Assembly (NCBI RefSeq): GCF_004010195.1
Contig: NC_057719.1
Coordinates: 26,571,537-26,635,536 of the forward strand
Source of the DNA: Chiloscyllium plagiosum
Taxonomy: Eukaryota
DNA length: 64,000 nucleotides
Direction of reading: 5' to 3'
The notes beneath the pieces are model-generated. The model had not been told where the DNA came from. It worked only from the letters and a program-made list of their open reading frames with translations, and ran no database searches. The position numbers and the translations under genes are program-made. This document shows, one piece after another, positions 1 to 13,680 of the stretch (positions are counted from its first letter, which is position 1; each line of letters begins with the position of its first letter).

Positions 1-12
1 ATATTTTCAGTT

Positions 13-315
13 TAGATTAGATTAGATTCCCTACAGTATGGAAACAGGCCCTTCGGCCTAACAAGTCCACACCGACCCTCAGAAGAGCAACCCACCCAAA
101 CCTATTCCCCTACATTCATCCCTGACTAATGCACCTAACACTATGGGCAATTTAGCATGGCCACTTCACCTAACCTGCACATCTTTGGCCTGTGGGAGGA
201 AACCCACGCAGATGTGGGGAGAATGTGCAAACTCCACACACAGTTGCCTGGGGCGGGAATTGAACCCGAGTCCCTGGCGCTGTGAGGCAGCAGTGCTAAC
301 CACTGAGTCACCGTG
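13..315 (-). mobile_element. tRNA-derived SINE, shark HE1/V-SINE-like, near full length
   Basis: Minus strand reads cacggtgactcagtggttagc (A box) ... gggttcaattccc (B box) ... and ends in (tctaa)n; several copies in window. Confidence 0.85.
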
Positions 316-1306
316 CAGCCCTGACAGTTACCTGACTTTATGCAAATACCTGGTAAATTAATATTTCCCACTTAACAATCAAACATAATGTCCGTCATTT
401 TAAACAAAAAATTTCATTTTCTATTTCCTGACTCATTTTGAAAGTTCTTGCATTTATTGTGAAGTGAAAGTGTGTTTATGTAGCTAATTTTTAAAAATTA
501 AAATTTCATTGTCCTGATAATTTTATTGACAGCTTTCACAATCATTCAGGAGTATGCTGCATCCTAGCATATTTTTTACTGCTACCTGCAAAAGCTAAAG
601 GTATTGATGCAAATGTAAGTTTTTTTTTAAACAGTTTGATTTCTCTGAACTTTCTGCCCCAGCATTGTATGACTGCACCACGCAAGCTGCTTTGCTCTGA
701 TTTTTCACTGTTGCAAAATTTCTAATTAATTATTGCGACGACTGAAACTGTTGACTTCAATTCTGACCTCACCTTTGACTCCATTCCTGTCCTTGGCAGC
801 TGTCTGAAGTTGTATCAAATTGAATGCAACCCCAACATTATATTTGACCCAGAGATGAGTTTCTAACATGTACCAGTAAAATCATGAACATTTTCAATTT
901 CAACATCCATAAGATCACTTCCTCTCACCCCCATTTCCCTCAGCATCCCGCAAGCTCACTCCTCTGCTGACATGCTCATCCATGACCTTTATCTCTGGAA
1001 GCAACTGTCCTAGCTCACTCCTTGGCTCACAGCCCACCCATATTGTATCCTCTGAAAAGTGCACCCACCTTCAATTAACTAATACAGATAGTAAGAAATT
1101 GAGCCCTAACCTGATCCCTGTGACATTCTACTCATTACTTTCCTTCCACCTTCAAAAAACTTGATTATGATCTTGAGTATGTTAACACCGAGAAGACAAA
1201 TTCTCCATCCATGCTAATACATAATACAGCAATTAGTCCAGCATGCCTCTAAGCAAAGTTATCAAACATGAATATCCTTTTACAATACTATGTTGACTCT
1301 GTACGG

Positions 1307-1543
1307 CGACTGACTGTGTGTGTGGATTTTGCACGTTCTCCCCGTGTCTGCGTGGGTTTCCTCAGGGTGCTCCGGTTTCCTCCCACAGTCCAAAGATGTG
1401 CAGGTCAGGTGAATTGGCCATGCTAAATTGCCCATAGTTAGGTAAGGGGTAAATGTAGGAGTATGGGTGGGTTGCGCTTCGGTGGGGCGGTGTGGACTTG
1501 TTGGGCTGAAGGGCCTGTTTCCACTGTAAGTAATCTAATCTAA
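1307..1543 (+). mobile_element. HE1-like SINE, 5'-truncated
   Basis: Same body as 13-315 (tcccacagtccaaagatgtgcagg...gggcctgtttccac) ending taatctaatctaa. Confidence 0.85.
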
Positions 1544-1549
1544 GAAATC

Positions 1550-2450
1550 TATTTCCCTTGCTGCTACTTATTTCCACATCATAATTTATTGCACCTATAT
1601 CACAGTTCTTCATCACATTAATGCTGTCCTTTATTAACAATCTATGCCACCTCGTTTTTTTATTTTTGCTTATTGTTCCAGAACATTGGATACCCTTAAA
1701 TATTCAAGTTTGAGATCCTGGCCATCTTGTAAACATGTATCTGTAATAGTTATCAGGTCATATTCATTCATTTCTTTGTGCCAACATCTATCTTCTCTAT
1801 AAATATTGTATACACTCAGATAAACAGCATTATTTTGACTTTTTGCCATTATTACTTATTCTGGTTCTAATTTCTCTTGTCTTCTGCTTATATTTTCTGC
1901 CCTTGTTACATTTTGGTTACCTTTGCCTATTCACTACCCTGTACTTCTGTCTTCTTGTTTTTGCTTTGTTAAACTTTCCTTCAATTACTCCCTCCCTAAA
2001 CTAATTAGTATAAAATCATAGCCTAAACTTCTGTTATACGATTCACCAAGGCACTGATCCCAGGATGGTGCAAATGAAGCCCATTGCAATGGAACAGCTC
2101 AATTTTCCTCCGTCTTGGTGCGAGTGCCCCATGAATCTGACCCATTTCTTCCACACCAGTCTTTGAGCCAAGCATTTACCTCTAATCTTGTTACGTATGC
2201 CCATTTGCATCTGGTTTGGGTAGTGATCTGGAGATTACCTTTCGTGGTCTGCTTTTGACTTTGGCTCCAGGCTGCTCATCCCTTTTTCCTATCTGTGTCA
2301 TTGGTACCTCTGATAACTAGTTCCTTATCATCATCCTCCGATTCCTGACCCAGAAGAGATGTCCTGACCCTTGGCACTGGGTAGGTTACGCAGCCTTTGA
2401 GACACACTTTCCTACAGTAAACAGTGTCAATTTCCCCTGCTGTGTCCCAT
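1550..2450 (-). mobile_element. Old CR1 LINE fragment (ORF1 esterase region and start of ORF2)
   Basis: Minus-strand ORF 2276-2563 contains ELVIRGTNDT, the GxND block of the CR1 ORF1 SGNH esterase; heavily decayed. Confidence 0.55.
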
Positions 2451-4305
2451 GAATAAATGTTTAAAAAAAGGTGTGCTATCCCTTTTTTTTTAATGTGCGT
2501 TTTTCTACCTCCAACTTGAACAGTGGTGCTTTGGGGAAAGTGGGAATGAGATATATTGATCATATTGAGCGGCAGAGTCGGCTCAAATAGCTGAACGGCC
2601 TACTCTTCCTGTTTTCTATGTTTCACCATCATGCATGCAAAAATGCAGTTTTTTCTTTGTATACCACAAGTGACATGAAGGTTATTTTTATTTCTGCTGA
2701 ACATTCTGATCATCAGACTCCTAGATTGTGTGTCCTATTTCTGGGCAAAGGCTGCTGTGAAAGAAAAGCTTTTATAATAAAGCAAGTGCTTTCGGGCAGT
2801 CCAACCAACTTCCAAATATTTTCAAGACTGTTTCAACTTCTATTCCTGAAAGCCATTCTGTTCCCTTTTATTAATTGTAACTAAGAATACCACATCTCGA
2901 AGGGAACAACAATTTATGCTGCAACAGGACAGGGTCCTGAGTTGATTTGAAAGTGGACGTTGACACTGTACTATTGCTGAAATTCCACAATAGAAGATGC
3001 AAAGTAATGTTGACCAATTCATTGTATATGATTTACAATATTTAGGGATACCTCTGACCCCTGTTTGGGGTGGTTTAGTATTCTGGCTGCAGACTGATTT
3101 CATGCAGATTCTTGACTGCTTTGATTTTTATTTAATTTCCTGCAAGGATAATCTGTTAAACAACATCTATATTCCATGTCATAAGTCATATTGTAAACCC
3201 TTCTGTAGCGGCCAAACAAATTGATTTTTGATTAGTTATTGGAAAATCTTAGCTAGTTAACCACTTGCCACTGTCTCCATGCTTCACTATAACTTCTATA
3301 AATTTTTGCCATATCCTTCTGATCTTTGTGAATCATGCCACAGAATATTGATTGGTTCACTAACAATCAGAATTTTTTGAATTGATGTTTTTGCAGGTGA
3401 AACTCTACCTTTTTATAGTAGCTTTGTGTGTCGCAAGCAGCATATGGGTGACAATGTACAGAATTTCATGTGAATTCAAGGCAGGTTCAATTAATTTTTT
3501 ACCTATTCATTTTTGTGTGTTTTATGAATAAGAATTACTAACATTAGACTCCTAATGTGTTCATATATGAATGTAGAATAGAAATATTTCCAGCTTTCCT
3601 TAGTTCATTAAAGTTCAGTTTTAAATCAAAATTAGGGTTTTCACACATTGAAGAGAATGTGCTAGAAACCTAATGCACTTTAATTTGCAAAAGGGCACCT
3701 TTTATGTTGCATGATTTGGTTAGGAAATATTTGTGGATGAACTTGAACTACTATTTAAAGAGAATAGTGTTTGTCGTGAACAAAACCAAATGGCAAAAGT
3801 TGCTGAGCCAGGCTCAGGAGATGAATAAGATATTATGTGTGATATTGTTGAAATGTGCAGGCAGACAATGTTTTCTTGCATAGATTGTTAGTTACTGACT
3901 ACCGAACAGTAACTGTCATTTGAGTACTGGAGCAAATTAAATACTCCATCTGACGCTACCATGTTGTGAAGAAATTGGCAAGATGTTGAAGACTGCCTGA
4001 TCTGAGATGAGAAAGGGGTTATTGTTTGTGATTTTTTTTTTAGCCACTCTGCTGACACAACATTGCTGAATTGTTGACGGTTGTATTACATTGTAACTCC
4101 AGGGTGTTGATATTTATCTTGTGATATTGTACCTATGGCAAAGAATGTTGCTTTGCCAATTTTAGCTCATCCTTTGAGAATAAGTTGCATTTCTCATTTT
4201 GTCATCTGACTATATTCCATTTCATTTTTACATTGAATTAAAATTGGCTCCCAAAAATATCCTGATCAAAACATAACTTTAGGTCTTGGTGTTATATCGT
4301 GTTAT

Positions 4306-6136
4306 AGAATCATAGAGCTGTACAGCATGGGAACAGACTCTTCAGTCCAATGTGTTCATGCGACCATATATCCTAAATTAATCTAGTCTCGTGTGCCAGC
4401 ATTTGACACTTATTGCTCTAAACCCTTCTTATTCATATATTCATCCAGATGCTTTAAAATGTTGCAATTGTACCAGGCTCTCACCACTGCCTCTGACAGC
4501 TCATTGCATATATATACCACCCTCTGCAGTAAAAGGTTGCCCCTCAGATTTCTTCTGAATCTTTCACCCCTCACCAATGCCCCTGAGTTTTGGACACTCC
4601 CACAGAGACCTTGTCTCTTCACCCTATTCATGTACCTCATGAGTTTGTAAACCTCTCTATAAGGTCACCCCTTAGCCTCTGATGTTCCTGGGAAAACAGC
4701 CTCAGCCTATTCAGCCTTTCCCTGTAGCACCAACCCTTCACTGACTGATAAAGGCAAGCATACCAAATGCTGCCTTCACTATCTTGTGTATCTGGGTCTC
4801 CACTTTCAAGGACCTATGAACCTGCTCTCCAAGATCTCTTTGATCAGCAACACTCTTTAGGACCTTACCATTAATTCCTGCCCTGATTTGCCTTTCCAAA
4901 ATGCAGCACCACATATTGATCTACATTAAACTCCATCTGCCACTTCTCAGCTCATTGGACCATCTAATCCAGATCCTGTGTACTCTGAGGCAACCTTCAT
5001 TGTCCACTACACCTCCAATTTTGGTGTAATCTGCACTTACTAATTATAGCTCTTATGTTCACATCCAAATCATTTATATAAATGATGAAAAGCAGTGGAC
5101 CCAACACTCCAGTGGTCACAGGCCTCCAGTCTGAAAAGCAACCCACCGCTACCACCCTGGATGTATTCCCAGGAATATCCTCCCTAAGTAGAGCCGTAAT
5201 GTTATCCCTCACCAAAAATGCCACTCCCGCTCATGTCTTGCCTCGCTTTCTATTCTTCCTCTAGCATCTATCACAGTCCCATGTTCTCCACCATGCCCTG
5301 GGTTCATCTGTCTTGTTAGGCATCTTGCACTGAAATAAATGCAGTTTAATTTATTTGTGCTTTGTTCCTGACTATTTATTTGACTTGCTCCTTTTCCCAG
5401 CTGCACCAGTCTCAGACTGATCTCTTTATTCACAATCTCCCTTAGTGGTGGTGTCATCCCCATCCCTCACCCCCACTAGTTTAAATCCTCTCCTGCCAAT
5501 TCCGGTGCAATCTGTCCTCCTCATATGGGTCAGTTCTGCCCGAGAAGAAATGCCAATGATCAAAAAGTATGAATTCCTCTCCCTTGCACCAGCTCCTCAG
5601 CCACACATTTATCTGCTCTATCGTCCCATTCTTACCATCACTAGTTCGTGGCACCGGGAGTAATCCAGGTATTACTACCCTTGAGGACCTAATTTTTAAA
5701 TACCTGCCTAACATCCTATATTCTCTCCTCAGAATCTTGTCCTTTTCTCTTGCTATGTCATTAGTTCCGATGTCTACAGTGACCTCCTGCTGGTCCCACT
5801 CCCCTTTTTGAGGATATTCTGTGCCCTCTCCAAGAAGACTTTGATCCTGGCACCAGGGAGGAAACACATGATTTTGATGACTTGCTGTCAGCCATAGAAA
5901 CATCTGTCTGTCTGCCTGTCTCTAACTAGAGTCTCTTATCACAATCGATTGCTTGGAACCAGACGTAACCGTCATCATAATAGAAACCTGGCTGTCAGTG
6001 CTATATTTCCCTGAGATTGCATCTCCCCCCCCCCCCCCTATTTTCCAAGGCAGCATATTTGTTTGAGATGGGGATAGCCATAGGGGACTCCTGCACTACC
6101 TACCTCTTCCATTTTTCTTGCAGGTAACCCATCTAC
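4306..6136 (-). mobile_element. CR1 LINE, internally deleted (3' tail and RT end joined to EN N-terminus and ORF1 esterase)
   Basis: Tail atagaatcatagag; RT motif GVLGPLLFIIYINDLD; ORF 5481-5903 VDIGTNDI...VIPGLLPVP...INVWLRSWC...DRLH fits an SGNH esterase. Confidence 0.85.
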
Positions 6137-8380
6137 CATAGAGTCATAGAGATGTACAGCATGGAAACAGACCCTTCGGTCCAACCCGTCCATGCCGACC
6201 AGATATCCCAACCCAATCTAGTCCCACCTGCCAGCACCCGGCCTATATCCTGCCAAACCCTTCCTATTCATATACCCATCCAAATGCCTCTTAAACGTTG
6301 CAATTGTACCAACCTCCAACACTTCCTCTGGCAGCCTATTCCACACACGCACTACCCTATGTGCGGAAACAGTTGCCCCTTAGGTCTCTTTTATATCTTT
6401 CCCCTCTCACCTTAAACCTATGCCCTCTAGTTCTGGACTCCCTGGCCCCAGGGAAAAGACTTTGTCTATTTACTCTATCCATGCCCCTCATGATTTTGTA
6501 AACTTCTATAAGGTCATCCCTCAGCCTCTGATGCTCCAGAGAAAACAGCCCCACCCTGTTGAGCTTCTCCCTATTAGCTCAAATCCTCCAACCCTGGCAA
6601 ATCCTTTTAAATCTTTTCTGAACCCTTTCAAGTTTCACAACGTCCTTCCGAGAGGAAGAAGACGAGAATTGCACGCAATATTCCAACAGTGGCCTAACTA
6701 ATGTCCTGTACAGCCGCAACATGACCTCCCAACTCCTGTACTCATTACTCTGACCAATAAAGGAAAGCATACCAAATGTCGCCTTCACTATCCTATCTAC
6801 CTGTGACCCTACTTTCAAGGAGCTATGAACCTGCACTCCAAGGTCTCTTTGTTCAGCAACACTCCCTAGGACCTTACCATTAAGTGTATAAGTCCTGCTA
6901 GGATTTGCTTTCCCAAAATACAGCCCCTCGCATTTATCTGAATTAAACTCCATCTTCCACTTCTCAGCCCATTAGCCCATCTGGTCAAGATCTTGTTGTA
7001 ATCTGATGTAATCCTCTTCGCTGTCCACTACACCTCCAATTTTGGTGTCATCTGCAAACTTACTAACTGTACCTCTTATGCTCGCATCCAAATCATTTAT
7101 ATAAATGACAAAATGCACCCAGCACCAATCCTTGTGGCACTCCACTGGTCACAGGCCTCCAGTCTGAAAAACAACCTTCCACCACCACCCTAGTGTTCTA
7201 CTTTTGAGTCCGTTCTGTATCCAACTGGCTAGTTCTTCCTGTATTCTGTGAGATCTAACCTTGTTAACCAGTCTCCCATGGGGAACCTTGTTGAATGCCT
7301 TCCTGAAGTCCACATAGATCACATCTATGGCTCTGCCCTGATCAATCCTCTTTACTACTTCCTCAAAAAACTCAATTTCCCACGCACAAAGCCATGTTGA
7401 CTATCCCTAATCAGTCCTTGCCTTTCCAAATACATGTACATCCTGTCCCTCAGGATTCCCTCCCAACAACCTGCCCACCGCTGACGTCAGGCTCACTGGT
7501 CTATAGTTCCCTGGCTTGTCCTTACCACCCTTCTTAAACAGTGGCACCACGTTTGCCAACCTCCAGTCTTCCGGCACCTCACCTGTGACTATCGATGATA
7601 CAAATATCTCAGCAAGAGGCCCAGCAATCACTTCTCTAACTTCCCACAGAGTTCTAGGGTACACCTGAACAGGTCCTGGGGATTTATCCACTTTCATGTG
7701 TTTCAAGACATCCAGCAATTTGGACATTTTGAAAGGTGTCACCATCTATTTCCCTACATTCTATATCTTCCATATCTTTTTCCACAGTAAATACTGATGC
7801 AAAATACTCTTTTAGTATCTCCCCCATTTTCTGTGGCTCCACACAAAGGCCACCTTGCTGATCTTTGAGGGGCCCTATTCTCTCCCTGGTTACCCTTTTG
7901 TCCTTAATATATTTGTAAAAACCCTTTGGATTCTCCTTACCTCTATCTGCCAAAGCTATCTCATGTCCCCTTTTTGCCTTCCTGATTTCCCTCTTATGTA
8001 TACTCCTATTTCCTTAATACTCTTCTAAGGATTCACTTTATCTATTCTGTCTATACCTGACATATGCTTCCTTCTTTTTCTTAACCAAGCCCTCAAGTTC
8101 TTTAGTCATTCAGCATTCCCTATACCTACCAGCCTTTCCTTTCACCCTAACAGGAATATACTTCCTTTCACCCTAACAGGAATATACTTTCTCTGGGATC
8201 TCGTTATCTCATTTCTGAAGGCATCCTATTTTCCAGCCGTCCCTTTACCTGCGAACATCTGTCCCCAATCAACTTTCGAAAGCTCTTGCCAAATACTGTC
8301 AAAATTGGCCTTTCTCCAATTTAGAACTTCAACTTTTAGATCTGGTCTATCCTTTTCCATCACTATTTTAAATCTAATCG
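6137..8380 (-). mobile_element. Younger CR1 (HER1-like) LINE, 5'-truncated ORF2, nested in an older CR1
   Basis: catagagtcatagag tail; ORFs with KSPGP..YPRTLWE, PEDWRLANVVPLFKKG, NYRPVSLTS, LYRTLVRPLLEYCVQF; frameshifted. Confidence 0.92.
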
Positions 8381-9100
8381 AAGACTCTATCTGTGGTTTT
8401 TCTTCCTTCCTGCAACTGCCTTCCATCAAATCCCCAGCTCCTGTAAATTTCTCATTGCCTCTAACTGCTGCTCCAACCGATCCATGCGATCAGAATTCAC
8501 AACTAAACACAGTTCCTGCAGACAATATCAGTAACATGGAAGCTCTTCCTAATCTTTCACATCTGACAGGAAGAACACATTACTCTACTGTAGGTCATCT
8601 TTGCATCTGAACAAACTGTAGACTCAGAAAATAACCCAGTCTTACTGCTCTGAAAATAATGCTTCAGGCTAACTTAGTAACTACTTTTATATTTTTCAAA
8701 TTTAATCAAGAGACAGATCTCAATAAAACCAAATATAATCACCCTACTTTCTATTGTGGGTTTACAAAAAATACAGTAAGGCTACAGTTTAAAACTAGCT
8801 ACTTAGTTGCTCTCTCGCTATGCTCTCCACAGGTTTCCCCAAGGTCAGCTCTGAATTTCACTGTTTATTTTTCGGAAACTATCTCCCACGTCCAGAGATA
8901 CTTAAAATCAAACAGCAGAGGAAGTCAGCTGTGCAGGCTCACTGCTGGGTCAGACAGCTGTGCATGTTTCACTTCCTGTGTGGTCACTGCTGTGTTTTCC
9001 TCTCCTTTTTTAAGGCGCTGTTGTTTTGTTCCCTGTTTTGGAACTTGTGAAAAAGCAATGCAACAGCTTATAAAACAGCAATTATTGCTCCTAATATTTG
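8381..9100 (-). mobile_element. Probable 5' part (ORF1 N-terminus and 5' UTR) of the older CR1 at 4306-6136
   Basis: Sequence resumes on the far side of the nested CR1 in the same orientation; inferred from position and CR1-like composition. Confidence 0.5.
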
Positions 9101-9279
9101 AGGAAATCAACTCTAACACTGAAAATACCTCAAAACTGCATGAAGTAATTTCTCCTGATTTTCCCATGCATCATTGTTTCACCAGTATTAGTTTGTGCCT
9201 GTTCTAGGGTTTTGTCGTATCTAAACATCCTGTTGTTAATTTTATTTTGTGTATATTGTTTCCTGATATAAAATTGTGT

Positions 9280-10850
9280 ACTCAAAAAGGGAAAAAGGCA
9301 GAATGTGGGTAACTATAGGCTGATTAGCCTAACTTATATTATTTGAAAAAATTGGATTCAGTTATTAAGGAAGTAATAGCAGAACATATAATGTAATCAA
9401 GCAGAATCAGTATGGATTAATAAAAGGGAAATCATGTCTGACTAATTTTTAGTTTTGCGAGTCTCAACCAGAGTGGATAATAGGGAACCAGTAGATGTGT
9501 TGTAATTGGACTTCCAGAAGGTATTCGACAAGGTACCTTATGAAAGCTTAAGTCATAAGAACTAACTATGTTGGAGGTAATATATAGGAATGCATAGAGA
9601 ATTGATTAATTGGTAGGAATCAACAAATGGGGATTAAGGGGTTCTTTTTCAGGTTGGTGACCTGTAATCAGTGGCGTTCCATCGGTGCAGGGACTGTAGC
9701 CATTTACAGTATATATTCATGACTTGAAAGAAAATGAATATACTGTAGCCAAATTTGCAGATGACACAAAATTTGTTGGAAGGGCAAGCTATGAGAGGAA
9801 TACAAATAGTTTCCAGAGAGCAATTGATAGGTTAAGTAAGTGGCAAAAATTTGGCAAATAGTGTAATATGGGAAAATGTGAAGTTGAAAAGTGTGTTGCT
9901 GGAAAAGCGCAGCAGGTCAGGCAGCATCCAAGGAGCAGGAGAATCGACGTTTCGGGCATAAGCCCTTCTTCAGGCTTATGCCTGAAACGTTGATTCTCCT
10001 GCTCCTTGGATGCTGCCTGACCTGCTGCGCTTTTCCAGCAACACACTTTTCAGCTCTGATCTGCAGTCCTCACTTTCTCCAAAATGTGGAGTTGGTCATT
10101 TTGGAAGGGAGAACAGTATTATTTAAATGGAGAAAAATCTCAAAGCTGCAACATAAAGATGCTTGGGAGTACTTGTGCATAAAATATAGAAAGCTTGCAT
10201 AGATTGTGAAGCAAGAAATTAGGAAGACTAATGGAATGCTGGTGCTTTATTTCATGAGGGTTGGAGTAGAAGAATAGGGAATTCTCACGGAGCTAAAGGT
10301 GTTGTTGGTGAGACTACATCTGGAGTATTTGAGCAGTTTGTCTCCTTATTTAAGGAAAGGTATTAATTCATTGGTGACGGTTCAGAGAAGATTCTGTAGG
10401 ATGATCCCTGGTATGGAATGATTGTCTTATGAACAAAAGTTAAACAGGTTGGGACTCTATTCACTGGAGTTTAGCAGAATAAGATGTAATCTTGTTGAAA
10501 CATAGGATTCTTAAGAGGTTTGATAGGGAAAATGTTAAGAGGCAGCTTCCCCTCATGGGAGAATTTAGGACCAGAGCACATTGTCTCAGAATAAAGGGGT
10601 GTCACTTTAAGATTGAAATGAGGAATTTCTTGGCTGAGGGTTGAGCCTATTCCTCCACAGCTCTCTGTGGCAAGGAGTTCGAGTCCTTATGTATATTTAA
10701 GGCTGAGAGTGTTTCTTAGATACCAGGGGGTGAAAGGGAAAGGCCAGGAAAATTGATGTGAGGAATGTCAGATCATTCATGCTCCTGTTGAATGGCTGGG
10801 CAGGCAAAGGGGACTGAACGACCTTCTCCTGTTCCTTTTTTTTTAAATCG
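9280..10850 (+). mobile_element. Old CR1 LINE RT/3' fragment, interrupted by a Penelope-like hairpin
   Basis: ttggacttccagaaggtattcgacaaggta (LDFQKVFDKV), gccaaatttgcagatgacacaaaa (AKFADDTK), CR1-type 3' region. Confidence 0.85.
9887..10080. mobile_element. Penelope-like-derived fold-back microelement (family A)
   Basis: Inverted arms gtgtgttgctggaaaagcgcagcagg / cctgctgcgcttttccagcaacacac; TSD aaaatgtg(a/g)agttg at 9873-9886 and 10081-10094. Confidence 0.8.
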
Positions 10851-11604
10851 TCTTTTAAGGTCCTCTCTATAGCCCTGCTTTTCCAGTCTTTGATTTCTAC
10901 TCGGTTACTTAAAGCATGCCAGGTTTATCAACAATTTCCTAGATTCTCTCTGGACAGGCTAATTAGTAACTTTGGTACATACCTCTGGACCAAGTAGGAC
11001 TTGAACCAGGGGACTATTAGCCCAACAGTAGGGATGCTATCATAGTACTACTACATTCTCACCAGCAGTTTCCGAATAAACACGTGAATATACAGTATCA
11101 AACATCTTCGACTGTGACTTTAGTGGTTTGCATTTTCCTCACATTGATTAGGTAACACCCTAACTGAACACCTGTTAAATCCCAATGAACAAGATATATT
11201 TGGGTTACCAATTAGCATAATTGCTGAATTCTGGAATATTGTAATCACATCTTCCAATTACCATGCATATTTGAAAATATGTCTGACAACCTGTGAAGTT
11301 GCTTGAACCAAAACCTGCATTGTTAATATACTTTATTAAACCATATTTAGCATTTGCAGTATAGCCCTTACATTATTGATACATGACAAAAGGCATGTAA
11401 TATTTAAAATTTGTTATTTATTCTCTAGATTTGGCATCTTTGGTAAAGCTATTATTTATTCCTTATCCTTGGTTTCCCTGAAAAAAAATGGTGGGCAGCC
11501 TCCTTGAATCACTGCAGTTTGTGTGGTGAATTTACTTTCAGTACTGTTTCAGGAATTTGACTCCTTTATGATAAAGGGATGATAATGTATGTCAAATATG
11601 TGCA

Positions 11605-12030
11605 TGTCAACAACATTGAGTTCAACAACTTGAGACTTTACCTTCATTTTGGGTTATGTGTTTCCCCTCTCAAAGTGTCTACCTTGCTTTCCTGTTCTTG
11701 CTTTCTGTCAGGGCTGACCTTTTATTCTCTTATTTACAACTATTTTGGGCCAATATTTTCTCTTCTCGACAAGCCTTACCACTTGCTTTGCCTTTTTGTT
11801 CTGTGATCCCTTTGATCTCTAATCTCTTGAACATTTTCATGACTTTCCTATTTGTTCTACTGGCGCATTCCCTATTCCAAGAGGATTAAACCTGTTGCAT
11901 TTTCATCTCTCTTCAGTTCCCAAGAAGAGCCAAATAAGACTCAAACATAACTGTTTCTCACCGCAGACACTTCCAGGCCTGTTGACTTTCTTTAATGTTA
12001 CAGATGTTTTAGATCTGAAATATAAATAGG
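11605..12030 (+). mobile_element. Old Penelope-like element 3' end
   Basis: aacattgagttcaacaacttg (NIEFNNL) resembles the ORF C-terminus seen in the 42708 element, followed by a decayed terminal repeat. Confidence 0.45.
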
Positions 12031-12659
12031 TAATGTTTAGCTTTTATTGTGATGTATGTCAAGATGGAATGCGAGTTACTGTTCCTGTGCATCTGACTTT
12101 GCCTTTCTCAAAGGCACAAGTTGCAGATACTGGATTTGCTGCTGAAGCAGCTTCTGGTCAGTTGATGCATTCTCAGGATGTGTAATGGTCTCTGACAGTG
12201 ATCGTCATCAGTTGTGCAGGTCTAATGAGAATGAAAAGACAGTCAAGTATGACATTTCTGGTGAATTGACTTTGTTTGACCTGATAGCAGTCTATTGCCA
12301 TTTTACCAACTGGCTTAGGGGTATATGAATATGTATTCTCTAGCTTGTTGATCCAGTGACAGCTATACTGCGATACCCTTGCTGTAGCCTACTCCCTCCT
12401 AGCACTCCCTGCAACCATAGCAGTAGAGGGCTTGAATGTTTAGGCTAAAGCTTATGCACTAAGTGGTAACCAAGTGAACACTAAGCTTTTTGTTGTCTGA
12501 TGATCAATTATCAAGTATAGAAAATTAGAACTAAAATTAGAAACTTCAGAAGAATGCTGTACTGCATAGATATGTAACTTGTCAAGAATCGAGATTTTTA
12601 TCACGTGGAAGAAAGGATTAATTTGTCCCATTCTGTGTAGTTAATCTCTCAACTGTAAA

Positions 12660-13680
12660 CCAGGATTTAATGTTTTGAGTCCAGTGATTCTTCTTCAGAA
12701 CTGATAGCAGCTAGGAAAGTTATGCTTGAGGCATTGGTCATGAGGAAAGGAGTGATGGAGATGGAGCCCAGAGAGAACAAGAACACTGGTTAGGGAGACA
12801 GTGATGGATAATTTTTAGGTTAGATTCCCTACAGTGTGGAAACAGGCCCTTCGGCCCAACAAGTTCACACCAACCCTCCGAAGAATAACCCACCCAGACC
12901 CATTCCCCTACCTTATATTTACCCCTGACTAATGCACCTAACACTACAGGCAATTTAGCATGGCCAATTCACCTGACCTGCACATCTTTGGACTGTGGGA
13001 GGAAACTGGAGCACCCGGAGGAACCCACAGACACTGGGAGAATGTGCAAACTCCACACAGACAGTTGCCTGAGGTGGGAATTGAACCCGGGTCTCTGATG
13101 CTGTGAGGCAGCAGTGCTAACCAGTGAGCCACCGTGCTGCTCCATTTTCCAGGGAGAAGGAAAAGCTGATAATAGGGATCATAAGTAGATGAAAATAGGT
13201 TAGCTGTACTGAAAGCAGCACTTATCATGACAGGGTGTAGGGTGAGCAAAGTATGTTGAAGAAGATGTTCAGGCTCTAAAATTGTTGAACTGGATATAAA
13301 ATCCTAAAGGCCATATGGAAAATTCTTTAAGAAACAATTTCAGAAATTGCTGAAAAAACTCAGTAGGTCTGGCAAATCTGTGGAGAGAAAGCAGAATTAA
13401 CGTTTCAGGTCCGGTGACCCTCCTCCAGAACTGATGTACCAACATTTTCCTTTCTAAAATCTCTTCTGAAGAATGGTCATTGGACTCAAAATATTAAATT
13501 TGCTTTTTCTCCTCCACAGATGTTTTTTGTTTTATTTTGTTTTGTTGTTTTTTTCTAGTTTGTCCTGAGCCTCACGCACTGCAACAGACCCGAGGCAGAA
13601 ATATTGGCTGGAAAATAGGGTGCTGCATTGAAATGGCAAACTGCTGGAAGCTTGGGGTCATTTTTACCCTGATGTGTTTG
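12660..13680 (-). mobile_element. Old Penelope-like remnant hosting a SINE (12818-13138) and an old hairpin element (about 13344-13520)
   Basis: Terminal motif ttcttcttcagaactg; inverted pair aacgtttcaggtccggtgaccctcctccagaac / ttctgaagaatggtcattggactcaaaat. Confidence 0.45.
12818..13138 (-). mobile_element. HE1-like SINE, full length
   Basis: tRNA-like head (gcacggtggctcactggttagc...ccgggttcaattcc on minus strand) and LINE-like tail. Confidence 0.88.

Noticed and set aside
240..315. tRNA genes (also near 13070, 41830, 46930)
   Set aside because: A and B boxes belong to SINE heads that continue into SINE body and tail; no complete cloverleaf evident.
700..1140. Possible L2-like remnants (also about 22340-22570, 24050-24800) and an old SINE-like remnant at about 51000-51270
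   Set aside because: Too decayed to assign family or boundaries by eye.
8136..8187. Short tandem duplications (26 bp here; about 20 bp at 40341-40378 and 46972-47010)
   Set aside because: Isolated slippage or repair events inside dead repeats; no sign of function.
8659..9207. 182-aa + strand ORF
   Set aside because: No recognisable domain; lies antisense over a probable CR1 5' region; likely chance.
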